Below are positions 1-11,685 of a stretch of 64,000 nt of DNA, piece after piece. Source of the stretch: Escherichia coli (lineage in GTDB: Bacteria; Pseudomonadota; Gammaproteobacteria; Enterobacterales; Enterobacteriaceae). The notes beneath the pieces are model-generated. The model did no database searches. It was not told where the DNA came from and worked only from the letters and a program-made list of their open reading frames with translations. Location of the stretch: the NCBI RefSeq assembly GCF_003334355.1, contig NZ_QOWP01000012.1; one strand, written 5' to 3'. A program made the position numbers and the translations under genes. How positions within the stretch are numbered: the stretch's first letter is position 1; each line of letters opens with the position of its first letter.

Positions 1-1
1 A

Positions 2-1219
2 TTGATGTCGCTCGACACCGCGCTTAATGAGATGCTTTCTCGCGTTACCCCATTGACCACCCAGGAAACGCTGCCACTGGTACAGTGTTTTGGTCGTATT
101 CTGGCGAGCGATGTCGTTTCGCCGCTTGATGTTCCGGGGTTTGACAACTCCGCAATGGACGGCTACGCGGTGCGTTTAGCCGATATTGCCTCCGGGCAAC
201 CGCTGCCCGTTGCCGGTAAATCCTTTGCCGGTCAGCCATACCATGGTGAATGGCCTGCGGGCACCTGCATTCGTATTATGACCGGTGCGCCGGTGCCGGA
301 AGGCTGCGAAGCGGTGGTGATGCAGGAGCAGACTGAACAAACGGACAATGGCGTGCGTTTTACTGCTGAAGTGCGTAGCGGGCAAAATATTCGCCGTCGC
401 GGTGAAGATATCTCTGCAGGTGCGGTTGTTTTCCCGGCGGGAACTCGCCTGACTACCGCTGAACTGCCAGTGATTGCTTCACTGGGGATTGCCGAAGTTC
501 CGGTGATTCGTAAAGTGCGTGTAGCGCTTTTTTCTACCGGTGATGAACTCCAGTTGCCCGGTCAGCCACTGGGCGATGGCCAAATCTACGATACCAACCG
601 TCTCGCCGTACACCTGATGTTAGAACAGCTGGGTTGCGAGGTAATCAACTTAGGGATTATCCGCGACGATCCCCATGCCCTGCGCGCCGCATTTATTGAA
701 GCCGACAGCCAGGCGGATGTAGTGATCAGTTCCGGCGGTGTTTCAGTGGGTGAAGCGGATTACACCAAAACGATTCTTGAAGAGCTGGGGGAGATCGCCT
801 TCTGGAAGCTGGCGATTAAACCAGGTAAACCGTTCGCGTTCGGTAAACTCAGCAATAGCTGGTTCTGCGGCCTGCCGGGCAACCCGGTTTCAGCGACGCT
901 GACCTTCTATCAACTGGTACAGCCTTTGCTGGCAAAACTAAGCGGCAACACCGCCAGCGGCCTGCCCGCGCGCCAGCGCGTACGCACAGCGTCCCGCCTG
1001 AAAAAAACGCCAGGACGTCTTGATTTCCAGCGCGGCGTGCTGCACCGCAACGCCGATGGCGAACTGGAAGTGACGACCACCGGACATCAGGGCTCACATA
1101 TATTCAGCTCCTTTAGCCTCGGCAACTGCTTTATCGTACTGGAACGCGATCGCGGCAATGTGGAAGTGGGCGAATGGGTGGAAGTAGAACCGTTTAACGC
1201 GTTGTTCGGAGGCCTGTAA
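2..1219 (+). CDS. moeA: Molybdopterin molybdenumtransferase MoeA, 5'-truncated by the window edge
   Basis: ORF runs from the window start; translation recognised as MoeA lacking only the first few residues; stop overlaps the moeB start. Confidence 0.9.
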   Translation: MMSLDTALNEMLSRVTPLTTQETLPLVQCFGRILASDVVSPLDVPGFDNSAMDGYAVRLADIASGQPLPVAGKSFAGQPYHGEWPAGTCIRIMTGAPVPEGCEAVVMQEQTEQTDNGVRFTAEVRSGQNIRRRGEDISAGAVVFPAGTRLTTAELPVIASLGIAEVPVIRKVRVALFSTGDELQLPGQPLGDGQIYDTNRLAVHLMLEQLGCEVINLGIIRDDPHALRAAFIEADSQADVVISSGGVSVGEADYTKTILEELGEIAFWKLAIKPGKPFAFGKLSNSWFCGLPGNPVSATLTFYQLVQPLLAKLSGNTASGLPARQRVRTASRLKKTPGRLDFQRGVLHRNADGELEVTTTGHQGSHIFSSFSLGNCFIVLERDRGNVEVGEWVEVEPFNALFGGL

Positions 1220-1968
1220 TGGCGGAACTCAGCGATCAGGAGATGCTGCGCTACAACCGGCAAATCATTCTGCGCGGTTTTGATTTTGACGGTCAGGAGG
1301 CGCTAAAAGATTCTCGTGTGCTGGTAGTCGGCCTCGGTGGACTCGGCTGCGCAGCTTCGCAGTATCTGGCAAGCGCCGGTGTCGGCAACCTGACGCTGCT
1401 CGACTTCGACTCGGTTTCGCTCTCGAATCTGCAACGCCAGACGCTGCACAGTGATGCCACGGTCGGGCAACCGAAGGTGGAATCCGCCCGTGACGCCCTG
1501 GCGCGGATCAATCCACATATCGCGATTACGCCAGTCAATGCACTGCTGGATGACGCAGAACTTGCAGCATTGATTGCTGAACACGATCTGGTGCTCGACT
1601 GTACGGATAACGTTGCGGTACGTAATCAACTGAACGCAGGCTGTTTTGCCGCGAAGGTGCCGCTGGTTTCCGGCGCGGCAATTCGTATGGAAGGGCAAAT
1701 CACGGTCTTCACTTATCAGGACGGCGAACCGTGCTATCGCTGCCTTAGCCGTTTGTTTGGCGAGAACGCATTAACCTGCGTAGAAGCAGGCGTGATGGCA
1801 CCGTTGATCGGCGTAATTGGTTCGTTGCAGGCAATGGAAGCGATCAAACTGCTGGCAGGTTATGGCAAACCGGCCAGCGGGAAAATCGTCATGTACGATG
1901 CGATGACCTGTCAGTTTCGCGAAATGAAACTGATGCGCAATCCGGGGTGTGAGGTGTGCGGGCAGTAA
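1219..1968 (+). CDS. moeB: Molybdopterin-synthase adenylyltransferase MoeB
   Basis: 249 aa ORF with ThiF/MoeB-type GxGxxG motif (VVGLGGLGC) and C-terminal CxxC pairs; start overlaps the moeA stop. Confidence 0.9.
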   Translation: MAELSDQEMLRYNRQIILRGFDFDGQEALKDSRVLVVGLGGLGCAASQYLASAGVGNLTLLDFDSVSLSNLQRQTLHSDATVGQPKVESARDALARINPHIAITPVNALLDDAELAALIAEHDLVLDCTDNVAVRNQLNAGCFAAKVPLVSGAAIRMEGQITVFTYQDGEPCYRCLSRLFGENALTCVEAGVMAPLIGVIGSLQAMEAIKLLAGYGKPASGKIVMYDAMTCQFREMKLMRNPGCEVCGQ

Positions 1969-1977
1969 TTGCCACCT

Positions 1978-2070
1978 CCAGGCCTGATAAGACGCGACAA
2001 GCGTCGCATCAGGCATTTGCTCCAGACGCCAGATGCGGCGTGAACGCCTTATCTGGCCTACGGTTCGGGC
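1978..2070. repeat. REP/BIME palindromic repeat cluster
   Basis: GCCTGATAAGACGCG...CGTCGCATCAGGC and GCCAGATGCGGCGTGAACGCCTTATCTGGCCTAC units typical of E. coli REP elements, between convergent moeB and fsaA. Confidence 0.7.
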
Positions 2071-2146
2071 ACAGATTTCCAAGCGCGGCAGGCATCGGTG
2101 CACTCCGCCACGTCATCAGCAATTTATGAGGATGCAGAACGTCCGG

Positions 2147-2809
2147 TTAAATCGACGTTCTGCCAAACGCTCCCTGCCAGTCCTGCTCAAACTTCGCCAC
2201 AGCGGCTTCCACCGCCGGATAGCTAATCATCTGTTGTGCCACATCCAGTGGCAGAGTAATTGATTCACATCCTGCCAGTAAGCAGTCCAGCGCCTGACGC
2301 GGGGTTTTGAAACTCGCTGCCAGCACTTTCGCCTGCGGCGCATGCATTTTCAATAACTGGTGTAAGTCGGTCACAGTCTGAATGCCGCTACCGCCCTGAG
2401 CATCAATACGATTAACGTAAGGCGCAACATATTCCGCACCTGCCAGCGCCGACAGCAGCCCTTGTGCTGCGCCATATACCGCGGTTCCCAGCGTTGGAAT
2501 CCCTTCCGCTTTTAACATCTTAATAGCTGCCAGCCCCTCGGCGGTCACCGGAACTTTCACCACGATATCCGCAATAATAGAACGCAATTTACGTGCGTCA
2601 TTCACCATCCCTTCAGCAGTGGTAGCCATTACCTGGGCAAACAGACGCCCCTGACCGCCCATCGCTTCATGAAGTTGCGGAAGCACAACATCCAGCGGTT
2701 TTTTACCCGCGGCGATAATGCTTGGGTTAGTGGTCACACCCGCCAGCGGAAAAATACGTGACAGCGCCTTCACCGCAACAACGTCTGAAGTATCCAGATA
2801 CAGTTCCAT
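2147..2809 (-). CDS. fsaA: Fructose-6-phosphate aldolase 1
   Basis: Translation from internal Met ([10 protein letters not shown]...) gives 220 aa, recognised as FsaA; the ORF-track N-terminal extension is not used. Confidence 0.9.
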   Translation of the reverse strand: MELYLDTSDVVAVKALSRIFPLAGVTTNPSIIAAGKKPLDVVLPQLHEAMGGQGRLFAQVMATTAEGMVNDARKLRSIIADIVVKVPVTAEGLAAIKMLKAEGIPTLGTAVYGAAQGLLSALAGAEYVAPYVNRIDAQGGSGIQTVTDLHQLLKMHAPQAKVLAASFKTPRQALDCLLAGCESITLPLDVAQQMISYPAVEAAVAKFEQDWQGAFGRTSI

Positions 2810-2912
2810 AACCATCCTCAAAATGTACTTTTTGTCTGAATGTAGACTATCACGGGAAAACTCTCTGAACAGTTGACGCACATCAATCTAACTTTCATTC
2901 GAAAGTATTTTA

Positions 2913-3839
2913 ATGCTTGAACGAAATAGAGAGGCAACTATGATTTTCAATATTCAGCGCTACTCGACCCATGATGGCCCCGGTATCCGCACGGTCGTAT
3001 TTCTTAAAGGCTGTTCGCTGGGCTGCCGCTGGTGTCAGAACCCGGAAAGCCGCGCCCGCACGCAGGATCTGCTGTATGACGCACGACTGTGTCTGGAAGG
3101 CTGCGAGCTGTGCGCTAAGGCCGCGCCGGAAGTGATTGAGCGCGCGCTGAATGGTTTGCTTATTCATCGGGAAAAGTTAACCCCGGAGCATCTGACGGCG
3201 TTAACCGACTGCTGTCCGACACAGGCATTAACCGTGTGTGGTGAAGTGAAAAGCGTTGAGGAGATCATGACGACCGTTCTGCGCGATAAACCGTTTTACG
3301 ATCGCAGCGGCGGCGGTTTAACGCTTTCGGGTGGTGAGCCCTTTATGCAGCCGGAAATGGCGATGGCGCTACTGCAAGCCAGCCACGAGGCAGGCATTCA
3401 TACTGCGGTAGAAACCTGTCTGCATGTGCCGTGGAAATATATCGCCCCTTCTCTGCCCTATATCGATCTGTTTCTTGCCGATTTAAAACACGTTGCCGAC
3501 GCGCCGTTTAAACAGTGGACCGACGGTAACGCCGCCAGAGTGCTGGATAACCTGAAAAAACTCGCCGCAGCGGGCAAAAAAATCATTATCCGCGTGCCGC
3601 TGATTCAGGGCTTTAATGCCGACGAAACCTCTGTAAAAGCCATTACCGATTTTGCCGCCGACGAGCTGCACGTTGGCGAAATTCATTTTCTGCCCTACCA
3701 CACGCTGGGCATCAACAAATATCACTTACTTAATCTGCCCTATGACGCCCCGGAAAAACCGCTTGATGCGCCAGAACTGCTCGACTTTGCCCAGCAGTAT
3801 GCCTGCCAGAAAGGGTTAACCGCGACCTTACGAGGATAA
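2913..3839 (+). CDS. ybiY: Glycyl-radical enzyme activating enzyme (radical SAM, PflA-like)
   Basis: 308 aa ORF with radical-SAM CxxxCxxC (CSLGCRWC) and extra Cys clusters; sits immediately upstream of the glycyl radical enzyme gene. The start could instead be the internal Met at about 2940. Confidence 0.85.
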
Positions 3840-3844
3840 CAACC

Positions 3845-6277
3845 ATGACCACACTGAAACTGGACACGCTCAGCGACCGCATTAAAGCGCACAAAAATGC
3901 GCTGGTGCATATTGTGAAACCGCCAGTCTGTACCGAGCGCGCGCAGCACTATACCGAGATGTATCAACAACATCTCGATAAGCCGATCCCGGTACGTCGC
4001 GCGCTGGCACTGGCGCATCACCTGGCGAATCGCACCATCTGGATCAAACACGATGAGTTGATCATTGGCAACCAGGCAAGCGAAGTTCGCGCCGCGCCGA
4101 TCTTCCCGGAATATACTGTCTCGTGGATCGAAAAAGAGATTGATGATCTGGCAGATCGTCCCGGTGCTGGCTTTGCGGTGAGCGAAGAGAACAAACGCGT
4201 TCTGCATGAAGTGTGCCCGTGGTGGCGCGGTCAGACCGTACAGGATCGCTGCTACGGCATGTTTACCGATGAGCAAAAAGGTCTGCTGGCGACCGGAATC
4301 ATTAAAGCGGAAGGCAATATGACCTCCGGCGATGCGCACCTGGCGGTGAATTTCCCGCTGCTGCTGGAAAAAGGGCTTGATGGTCTGCGCGAGAAAGTAG
4401 CGGAACGTCGCTCGCGCATCAACCTGACGGTGCTGGAAGATTTACACGGTGAGCAATTCCTGAAAGCGATTGATATCGTGCTGGTGGCAGTCAGTGAACA
4501 CATTGAACGTTTCGCTGCCCTGGCGCGTGAAATGGCCGCGACCGAAACCCGCGAAAGCCGTCGCGATGAACTGCTGGCGATGGCAGAAAACTGCGATCTT
4601 ATCGCCCACCAGCCGCCGCAGACTTTCTGGCAGGCGCTGCAACTGTGTTACTTCATCCAGTTGATTTTGCAGATCGAATCTAACGGTCACTCAGTATCGT
4701 TTGGTCGTATGGACCAGTATCTCTACCCGTACTATCGCCGCGACGTTGAACTCAACCAGACGCTGGATCGCGAACACGCCATCGAGATGCTGCATAGCTG
4801 CTGGCTGAAACTGCTGGAAGTGAACAAGATCCGCTCCGGCTCACACTCAAAAGCCTCTGCGGGAAGTCCGCTGTATCAGAACGTCACTATTGGCGGGCAA
4901 AATCTGGTTGATGGTCAACCAATGGACGCGGTGAATCCACTCTCTTACGCGATCCTCGAATCCTGCGGTCGCCTGCGTTCCACTCAGCCTAACCTCAGCG
5001 TGCGTTACCATGCAGGAATGAGCAACGATTTCCTCGACGCCTGCGTACAGGTGATCCGTTGCGGCTTCGGGATGCCGGCGTTCAACAACGACGAAATCGT
5101 GATCCCGGAATTTATTAAACTCGGTATTGAACCGCAGGACGCTTATGACTACGCAGCGATTGGTTGTATAGAAACCGCCGTCGGTGGCAAATGGGGCTAT
5201 CGCTGTACCGGCATGAGCTTTATCAACTTCGCCCGCGTGATGCTGGCGGCGCTGGAAGGCGGGCATGATGCCACCAGCGGCAAAGTGTTCCTGCCACAAG
5301 AAAAAGCGTTGTCGGCAGGTAACTTCAACAACTTCGATGAAGTGATGGACGCGTGGGATACGCAAATCCGTTACTACACCCGCAAATCAATCGAAATCGA
5401 ATATGTCGTCGACACCATGCTGGAAGAGAACGTGCACGATATTCTCTGCTCGGCGCTGGTGGATGACTGTATTGAGCGAGCGAAAAGTATCAAGCAAGGC
5501 GGCGCGAAATATGACTGGGTTTCTGGCCTGCAGGTCGGCATTGCCAACCTCGGCAACAGCCTGGCGGCAGTGAAGAAACTGGTGTTTGAACAAGGTGCGA
5601 TTGGTCAGCAACAGCTTGCTGCCGCACTGGCAGATGACTTCGACGGCCTGACTCACGAGCAGCTGCGTCAGCGGCTGATTAACGGTGCGCCGAAGTACGG
5701 CAACGACGATGATACTGTCGATACGCTGCTGGCTCGCGCTTATCAGACCTATATCGACGAACTGAAACAGTACCATAATCCGCGCTACGGTCGTGGTCCG
5801 GTTGGCGGCAACTATTACGCGGGTACGTCATCAATCTCCGCTAACGTACCGTTTGGCGCGCAGACTATGGCAACACCGGACGGGCGTAAAGCCCACACCC
5901 CGCTGGCAGAAGGCGCAAGCCCGGCCTCCGGTACTGACCATCTTGGCCCTACTGCGGTCATTGGCTCAGTGGGTAAACTGCCTACGGCAGCGATTCTCGG
6001 CGGCGTGTTGCTCAACCAGAAACTGAATCCGGCAACGCTGGAGAACGAATCTGACAAGCAGAAACTGATGATCCTGCTGCGTACCTTCTTTGAAGTGCAT
6101 AAAGGCTGGCATATTCAGTACAACATCGTTTCCCGCGAAACGCTGCTGGATGCGAAAAAACATCCCGATCAGTATCGCGATCTGGTAGTGCGTGTCGCGG
6201 GCTATTCCGCGTTCTTCACCGCGCTCTCTCCAGACGCTCAGGACGATATCATCGCCCGTACTGAACATATGCTGTAA
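3845..6277 (+). CDS. ybiW: Glycyl radical enzyme, pyruvate formate-lyase family
   Basis: 810 aa ORF with C-terminal glycyl radical motif RVAGYSAFF; length matches YbiW. Confidence 0.9.
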   Translation: MTTLKLDTLSDRIKAHKNALVHIVKPPVCTERAQHYTEMYQQHLDKPIPVRRALALAHHLANRTIWIKHDELIIGNQASEVRAAPIFPEYTVSWIEKEIDDLADRPGAGFAVSEENKRVLHEVCPWWRGQTVQDRCYGMFTDEQKGLLATGIIKAEGNMTSGDAHLAVNFPLLLEKGLDGLREKVAERRSRINLTVLEDLHGEQFLKAIDIVLVAVSEHIERFAALAREMAATETRESRRDELLAMAENCDLIAHQPPQTFWQALQLCYFIQLILQIESNGHSVSFGRMDQYLYPYYRRDVELNQTLDREHAIEMLHSCWLKLLEVNKIRSGSHSKASAGSPLYQNVTIGGQNLVDGQPMDAVNPLSYAILESCGRLRSTQPNLSVRYHAGMSNDFLDACVQVIRCGFGMPAFNNDEIVIPEFIKLGIEPQDAYDYAAIGCIETAVGGKWGYRCTGMSFINFARVMLAALEGGHDATSGKVFLPQEKALSAGNFNNFDEVMDAWDTQIRYYTRKSIEIEYVVDTMLEENVHDILCSALVDDCIERAKSIKQGGAKYDWVSGLQVGIANLGNSLAAVKKLVFEQGAIGQQQLAAALADDFDGLTHEQLRQRLINGAPKYGNDDDTVDTLLARAYQTYIDELKQYHNPRYGRGPVGGNYYAGTSSISANVPFGAQTMATPDGRKAHTPLAEGASPASGTDHLGPTAVIGSVGKLPTAAILGGVLLNQKLNPATLENESDKQKLMILLRTFFEVHKGWHIQYNIVSRETLLDAKKHPDQYRDLVVRVAGYSAFFTALSPDAQDDIIARTEHML

Positions 6278-6422
6278 TCTCCTCGGCCCGGCGGCGTCGT
6301 CGCCGGGCTAAATCATTCACATCATCAATTTCATCCTTACTTTCATTCGAAATATAATTTGTGCTCTGCGTCACATTGTTATTACACTGTTACGGTTTCA
6401 TTTTCGAGCCAGGAGCACACCT

Positions 6423-7238
6423 ATGAGCGTAAAAGTTATCGTCACAGACATGGACGGTACTTTTCTTAACGACGCCAAAACGTACAACCAACCACGTTTT
6501 ATGGCGCAATATCAGGAACTGAAAAAGCGCGGCATTAAGTTCGTTGTTGCCAGCGGTAATCAGTATTACCAGCTTATTTCATTCTTTCCTGAGCTAAAGG
6601 ATGAGATCTCTTTTGTCGCGGAAAACGGCGCACTGGTTTACGAACATGGCAAGCAGTTGTTCCACGGCGAACTAACCCGACATGAATCGCGGATTGTTAT
6701 TGGCGAGTTGCTAAAAGATAAGCAACTCAATTTTGTCGCCTGCGGTCTGCAAAGTGCATATGTCAGCGAAAATGCCCCCGAAGCATTTGTCGCACTGATG
6801 GCAAAACACTACCATCGCCTGAAACCTGTAAAAGATTATCAGGAGATTGACGACGTACTGTTCAAGTTTTCGCTCAACCTGCCGGATGAACAAATCCCGT
6901 TAGTGATCGACAAACTGCACGTAGCGCTCGATGGCATTATGAAACCCGTTACCAGTGGTTTTGGCTTTATCGACCTGATTATTCCCGGTCTACATAAAGC
7001 AAACGGTATTTCGCGGTTACTGAAACGCTGGGATCTGTCACCGCAAAATGTGGTAGCGATTGGCGACAGCGGTAACGATGCGGAGATGCTGAAAATGGCG
7101 CGTTATTCCTTTGCGATGGGCAATGCTGCGGAAAACATTAAACAAATCGCCCGTTACGCTACCGATGATAATAATCATGAAGGCGCGCTGAATGTGATTC
7201 AGGCGGTGCTGGATAACACATCCCCTTTTAACAGCTGA
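6423..7238 (+). CDS. ybiV: HAD-superfamily (Cof-type) sugar phosphatase
   Basis: 271 aa ORF with N-terminal DMDGT HAD motif. Confidence 0.9.
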
Positions 7239-7389
7239 CCTCTCTACCGGAGCCGTGCGCTCCGGTTTTCCCTTCTTTTTACATCCTGTACATCACATCA
7301 AATCATTAAACTTGCATTAACTTATTTATAACTTATATTGTCACATGCAAATCAGAATGGTTTCGAATGAAAGTTAATGAGAGGTGGTT

Positions 7390-8655
7390 ATGGCTTCTAC
7401 TTTTACCAGCGACACATTGCCTGCCGATCACAAAGCAGCTATCCGTCAGATGAAGCACGCGCTGCGGGCGCAGCTTGGCGACGTCCAGCAGATCTTTAAT
7501 CAGCTAAGCGATGACATTGCCACGCGAGTGGCTGAAATCAACGCACTCAAAGCACAGGGCGATGCCGTCTGGCCGGTGCTGTCTTATGCCGATATCAAAG
7601 CAGGTCATGTTACTGCAGAGCAGCGCGAACAGATTAAACGTCGCGGTTGTGCGGTGATAAAAGGCCATTTCCCCCGCGAACAAGCGCTAGGCTGGGATCA
7701 GTCGATGCTGGACTATCTGGACCGCAACCGCTTTGACGAGGTCTACAAAGGCCCCGGCGATAATTTCTTCGGGACGCTCAGCGCTTCACGTCCCGAGATT
7801 TACCCCATCTACTGGTCGCAGGCGCAAATGCAGGCCCGCCAGAGTGAAGAAATGGCGAATGCGCAGTCGTTTCTCAATCGTCTGTGGACATTTGAAAGTG
7901 ATGGAAAGCAATGGTTTAACCCGGATGTGAGCGTCATCTACCCTGACCGTATCCGCCGCCGTCCGCCCGGAACGACCTCCAAAGGTCTTGGAGCGCATAC
8001 CGACTCCGGGGCACTGGAACGCTGGCTGCTTCCAGCGTATCAGCGCGTTTTCGCCAACGTCTTTAATGGCAATCTGGCGCAATATGATCCCTGGCATGCG
8101 GCACATCGTACGGAAGTTGAAGAGTACACGGTGGACAACACCACCAAATGTTCCGTGTTTCGGACATTCCAGGGCTGGACAGCGCTCTCTGATATGCTGC
8201 CTGGTCAGGGGCTGCTGCACGTCGTGCCCATTCCTGAAGCTATGGCGTACGTACTGTTACGTCCGCTGCTTGATGATGTGCCGGAGGATGAACTGTGCGG
8301 CGTAGCGCCCGGAAGAGTATTGCCGGTATCAGAGCAATGGCATCCACTGTTGATTGAGGCGTTAACCAGCATTCCAAAACTCGAAGCCGGAGACTCCGTC
8401 TGGTGGCACTGCGACGTCATCCATTCCGTTGCCCCCGTTGAAAATCAACAAGGTTGGGGCAACGTGATGTACATTCCTGCGGCACCGATGTGCGAGAAAA
8501 ATCTTGCCTACGCGCACAAGGTGAAGGCCGCACTGGAAAAAGGCGCATCGCCGGGCGACTTCCCGCGCGAGGACTATGAAACAAACTGGGAAGGACGCTT
8601 TACGCTTGCCGACCTCAACATTCACGGTAAGCGAGCGTTGGGCATGGATGTTTGA
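7390..8655 (+). CDS. ybiU: DUF1479-family protein
   Basis: ORF recognised as YbiU; start placed at the second ATG to give the expected 421 aa. Confidence 0.8.
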   Translation: MASTFTSDTLPADHKAAIRQMKHALRAQLGDVQQIFNQLSDDIATRVAEINALKAQGDAVWPVLSYADIKAGHVTAEQREQIKRRGCAVIKGHFPREQALGWDQSMLDYLDRNRFDEVYKGPGDNFFGTLSASRPEIYPIYWSQAQMQARQSEEMANAQSFLNRLWTFESDGKQWFNPDVSVIYPDRIRRRPPGTTSKGLGAHTDSGALERWLLPAYQRVFANVFNGNLAQYDPWHAAHRTEVEEYTVDNTTKCSVFRTFQGWTALSDMLPGQGLLHVVPIPEAMAYVLLRPLLDDVPEDELCGVAPGRVLPVSEQWHPLLIEALTSIPKLEAGDSVWWHCDVIHSVAPVENQQGWGNVMYIPAAPMCEKNLAYAHKVKAALEKGASPGDFPREDYETNWEGRFTLADLNIHGKRALGMDV

Positions 8656-8736
8656 GAATTAATGGAAGTGAATTGATGTGGGATTAAGAAAATCGATTCG
8701 ACGTTACTCAGATTGCTGACAAATGCGCTTTGTTAA

Positions 8737-8835
8737 TGCCTGATGCGGCGTTAACGCCTTATCCGGCCTACAAAGTCCTGCAGATTCAATATATTGCAGG
8801 TACTGCGTAGGCCTGATAAGCGTAGCGCATCAGGC
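8737..8835. repeat. REP/BIME repeat cluster
   Basis: GCCTGATGCGGCGTTAACGCCTTATCCGGCCTAC and TAGGCCTGATAAGCGTAGCGCATCAGGC units between convergent ybiU and ybiT. Confidence 0.7.
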
Positions 8836-8854
8836 TATTTTGCATTTGTCATCA

Positions 8855-8888
8855 GCCGCCGTCACCCCGACAGTATCGGGGTGACGGA
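8855..8888. terminator. Hairpin just downstream of ybiT (perfect 10-bp stem GTCACCCCGA/TCGGGGTGAC)
   Basis: Inverted repeat read directly in the sequence, immediately 3' of the ybiT stop on the minus strand. Confidence 0.5.
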
Positions 8889-8895
8889 TAATCAC

Positions 8896-10488
8896 TTACT
8901 CGATCCCTTTACTACGCAGGTAATCTTCGTAATTACCGCTAAAGTCGATCACGCGTTCCGGGGTGATTTCCAGAATGCGGGTCGCCAGGGAGCTTACGAA
9001 CTCACGGTCGTGTGAAACAAAGATCAGCGTGCCCTGATACAGTTCCAGTGCCATGTTCAGCGACTCAATGGATTCCATATCCAGGTGGTTGGTCGGTTCG
9101 TCCATGATCAGAATGTTCGGCTTCTGCATCATTAACTTACCAAACAGCATCCGCCCTTTTTCCCCACCGGAAAGCACTTTAGCTGGCTTTTTGATGTCGT
9201 CCTGGCTGAACAGCAAACGACCGAGAATACTGCGTACCGCCTGCTCGTCATCGCCTTCCTGCTTCCACTGGCTCATCCATTCGAACACGGTCAGATCATT
9301 TTCAAACTCATATTCGTGGTCCTGAGCATAGTAACCAATGCGCGCGTTCTCAGACCATTTTACGGTGCCGCTGTCCGGTTGCAGATCGCCCACCAGCGTT
9401 TTCAGCAGCGTTGATTTACCGACGCCGTTGGTACCCAGTACCGCCAGTTTTTCACCCACTTCCAGCAGCAGGTTGAGATTTTTAAACAGCGGACCGTTAT
9501 CAAACCCTTTGGTCAGACCTTCCACTTCCAGCGCGTTACGGAACAGTTTCTTATCCTGTTCAAAACGGATGAACGGGTTCTGACGGCTGGAGGCTTTCAC
9601 CTCTTCCAGTTTGATTTTATCAATCTGGCGCGCGCGCGAAGTTGCCTGGCGAGATTTCGAGGCGTTGGCGCTAAAGCGGCTAACGAAAGATTGCAACTCA
9701 GCAATCTGCGCTTTCTTCTTGGCGTTATCGGCCAGCAGACGTTCACGCGCCTGGGTCGCCGCCGTCATGTACTCATCGTAGTTACCCGGATAAACGCGCA
9801 GCTCGCCGTAATCCAGATCCGCCATGTGGGTACAGACCATGTTAAGGAAGTGACGGTCGTGCGAGATGATGATCATGGTGCTGTCACGCTCGTTCAGCAC
9901 CTGTTCCAGCCAGCGAATGGTGTCGATGTCGAGGTTGTTGGTCGGTTCGTCGAGCAGGAGAATATCCGGATCAGCAAACAGCGCCTGCGCCAGAAGCACA
10001 CGCAGCTTCCAGCCAGGAGCAACTTCACTCATCGGGCCGTAGTGCTGTTCCACTGGAATTCCCACGCCAAGCAACAGTTCACCGGCGCGAGCTTCCGCAG
10101 AGTAACCGTCCATTTCGCCGTATTTAACTTCCAGATCGGCCACTTTATAGCCGTCTTCTTCACTCATTTCCGGCAAAGCATAGATGCGGTCGCGCTCCTG
10201 CTTCACTTCCCACAACTCTTTATGCCCCATGATCACCGTATCCAGCACAGTGAACTCTTCAAAGGCAAACTGATCCTGACGCAGTTTACCAATGCGCTCG
10301 TTGGGATCGAGGGAAACGTTACCCAGCGTCGGCTCAAGGTCGCCGCCGAGGATCTTCATAAAGGTGGATTTACCACTACCGTTCGCGCCAATCAGGCCGT
10401 AACGGTTGCCGCCGCCAAATTTGACGGAAATGTTTTCAAACAACGGCTTACTGCCGAACTGCATGGTGACGTTACTGGAAACTAACAC
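8896..10488 (-). CDS. ybiT: ABC-F family ATPase (two tandem ABC domains, no transmembrane domain)
   Basis: 530 aa ORF with two Walker A motifs ([18 protein letters not shown]) and two LSGGE signature motifs. Confidence 0.9.
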
Positions 10489-10706
10489 AGGCGTATCCTG
10501 AAAAGAGATATGACAAACCGCGCATTATGCCATAAGTCTGAAAGAAGATCCTGCTCCTCGCTTAAGGTCTACACTCAAGCCAAAGGCAAAAAATGTGATT
10601 TCGTACACATCTGATTTCACTGTGAGCTGGAATGAACTTATAATGCGCTTCCAATACTCTAATATTCTCAACCCAATGGCCTGCCAGGCACAAAATCTCG
10701 CTTAAC

Positions 10707-11627
10707 ATGAATATGAAATTGAAAACATTATTCGCAGCGGCCTTCGCTGTTGTCGGCTTTTGCAGTACCGCCTCTGCGGTAACTTATCCTCTGCCAACCG
10801 ACGGGAGTCGCCTGGTTGGTCAGAATCAGGTGATCACCATTCCTGAAGGTAACACTCAGCCGCTGGAGTATTTTGCCGCCGAGTACCAGATGGGGCTTTC
10901 CAATATGATGGAAGCGAACCCGGGTGTGGATACCTTCCTGCCGAAAGGCGGTACTGTACTGAACATTCCGCAGCAGCTGATCCTGCCGGATACCGTTCAT
11001 GAAGGCATCGTCATTAACAGTGCTGAGATGCGTCTTTATTACTATCCGAAAGGGACCAACACCGTTATCGTGCTGCCGATCGGCATTGGTCAGTTAGGCA
11101 AAGATACGCCTATCAACTGGACCACCAAAGTTGAGCGTAAAAAAGCAGGCCCGACCTGGACGCCGACCGCCAAAATGCACGCAGAGTACCGCGCTGCGGG
11201 CGAACCGCTTCCGGCTGTCGTTCCGGCAGGTCCGGATAACCCGATGGGGCTGTATGCACTCTATATCGGTCGCCTGTATGCTATCCATGGCACCAACGCC
11301 AACTTCGGTATCGGCCTGCGTGTAAGTCATGGTTGTGTGCGTCTGCGTAACGAAGACATCAAATTCCTGTTCGAGAAAGTACCGGTCGGTACCCGCGTAC
11401 AGTTTATTGATGAGCCGGTAAAAGCGACCACCGAGCCAGACGGCAGCCGTTATATTGAAGTCCATAACCCGCTGTCTACCACCGAAGCCCAGTTTGAAGG
11501 TCAGGAAATTGTGCCAATTACCCTGACGAAGAGCGTGCAGACAGTGACCGGTCAGCCAGATGTTGACCAGGTTGTTCTTGATGAAGCGATTAAAAACCGC
11601 TCCGGGATGCCGGTTCGTCTGAATTAA
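10707..11627 (+). CDS. ldtB: L,D-transpeptidase (YkuD domain with signal peptide)
   Basis: 306 aa ORF with signal peptide and catalytic SHGCVRL motif. Confidence 0.9.
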
Positions 11628-11644
11628 TCTTCAAAACTTAAAGC

Positions 11645-11673
11645 AAAAGGCGGACTCATAATCCGCCTTTTTT
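11645..11673. terminator. Bidirectional rho-independent terminator between ldtB and ybiR
   Basis: AAAAGGCGGACTCATAATCCGCCTTTTTT: GC stem flanked by A-run and T-run. Confidence 0.7.
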
Positions 11674-11685
11674 ATTTGCCAGACC

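Noticed and set aside
9691-10485. 264-aa plus-strand ORF lying entirely inside ybiT (minus strand)
   Set aside because: Shadow ORF antisense to a well-supported ABC-F gene; low-complexity translation and no ribosome-binding site. Many similar antisense ORFs in the track (for example 3740..4339, 4847..5365, 21781..22461, 25064..25867, 26162..26830, 34518..35027, 35076..35558, 57799..58305, 58019..58570) were rejected for the same reason.
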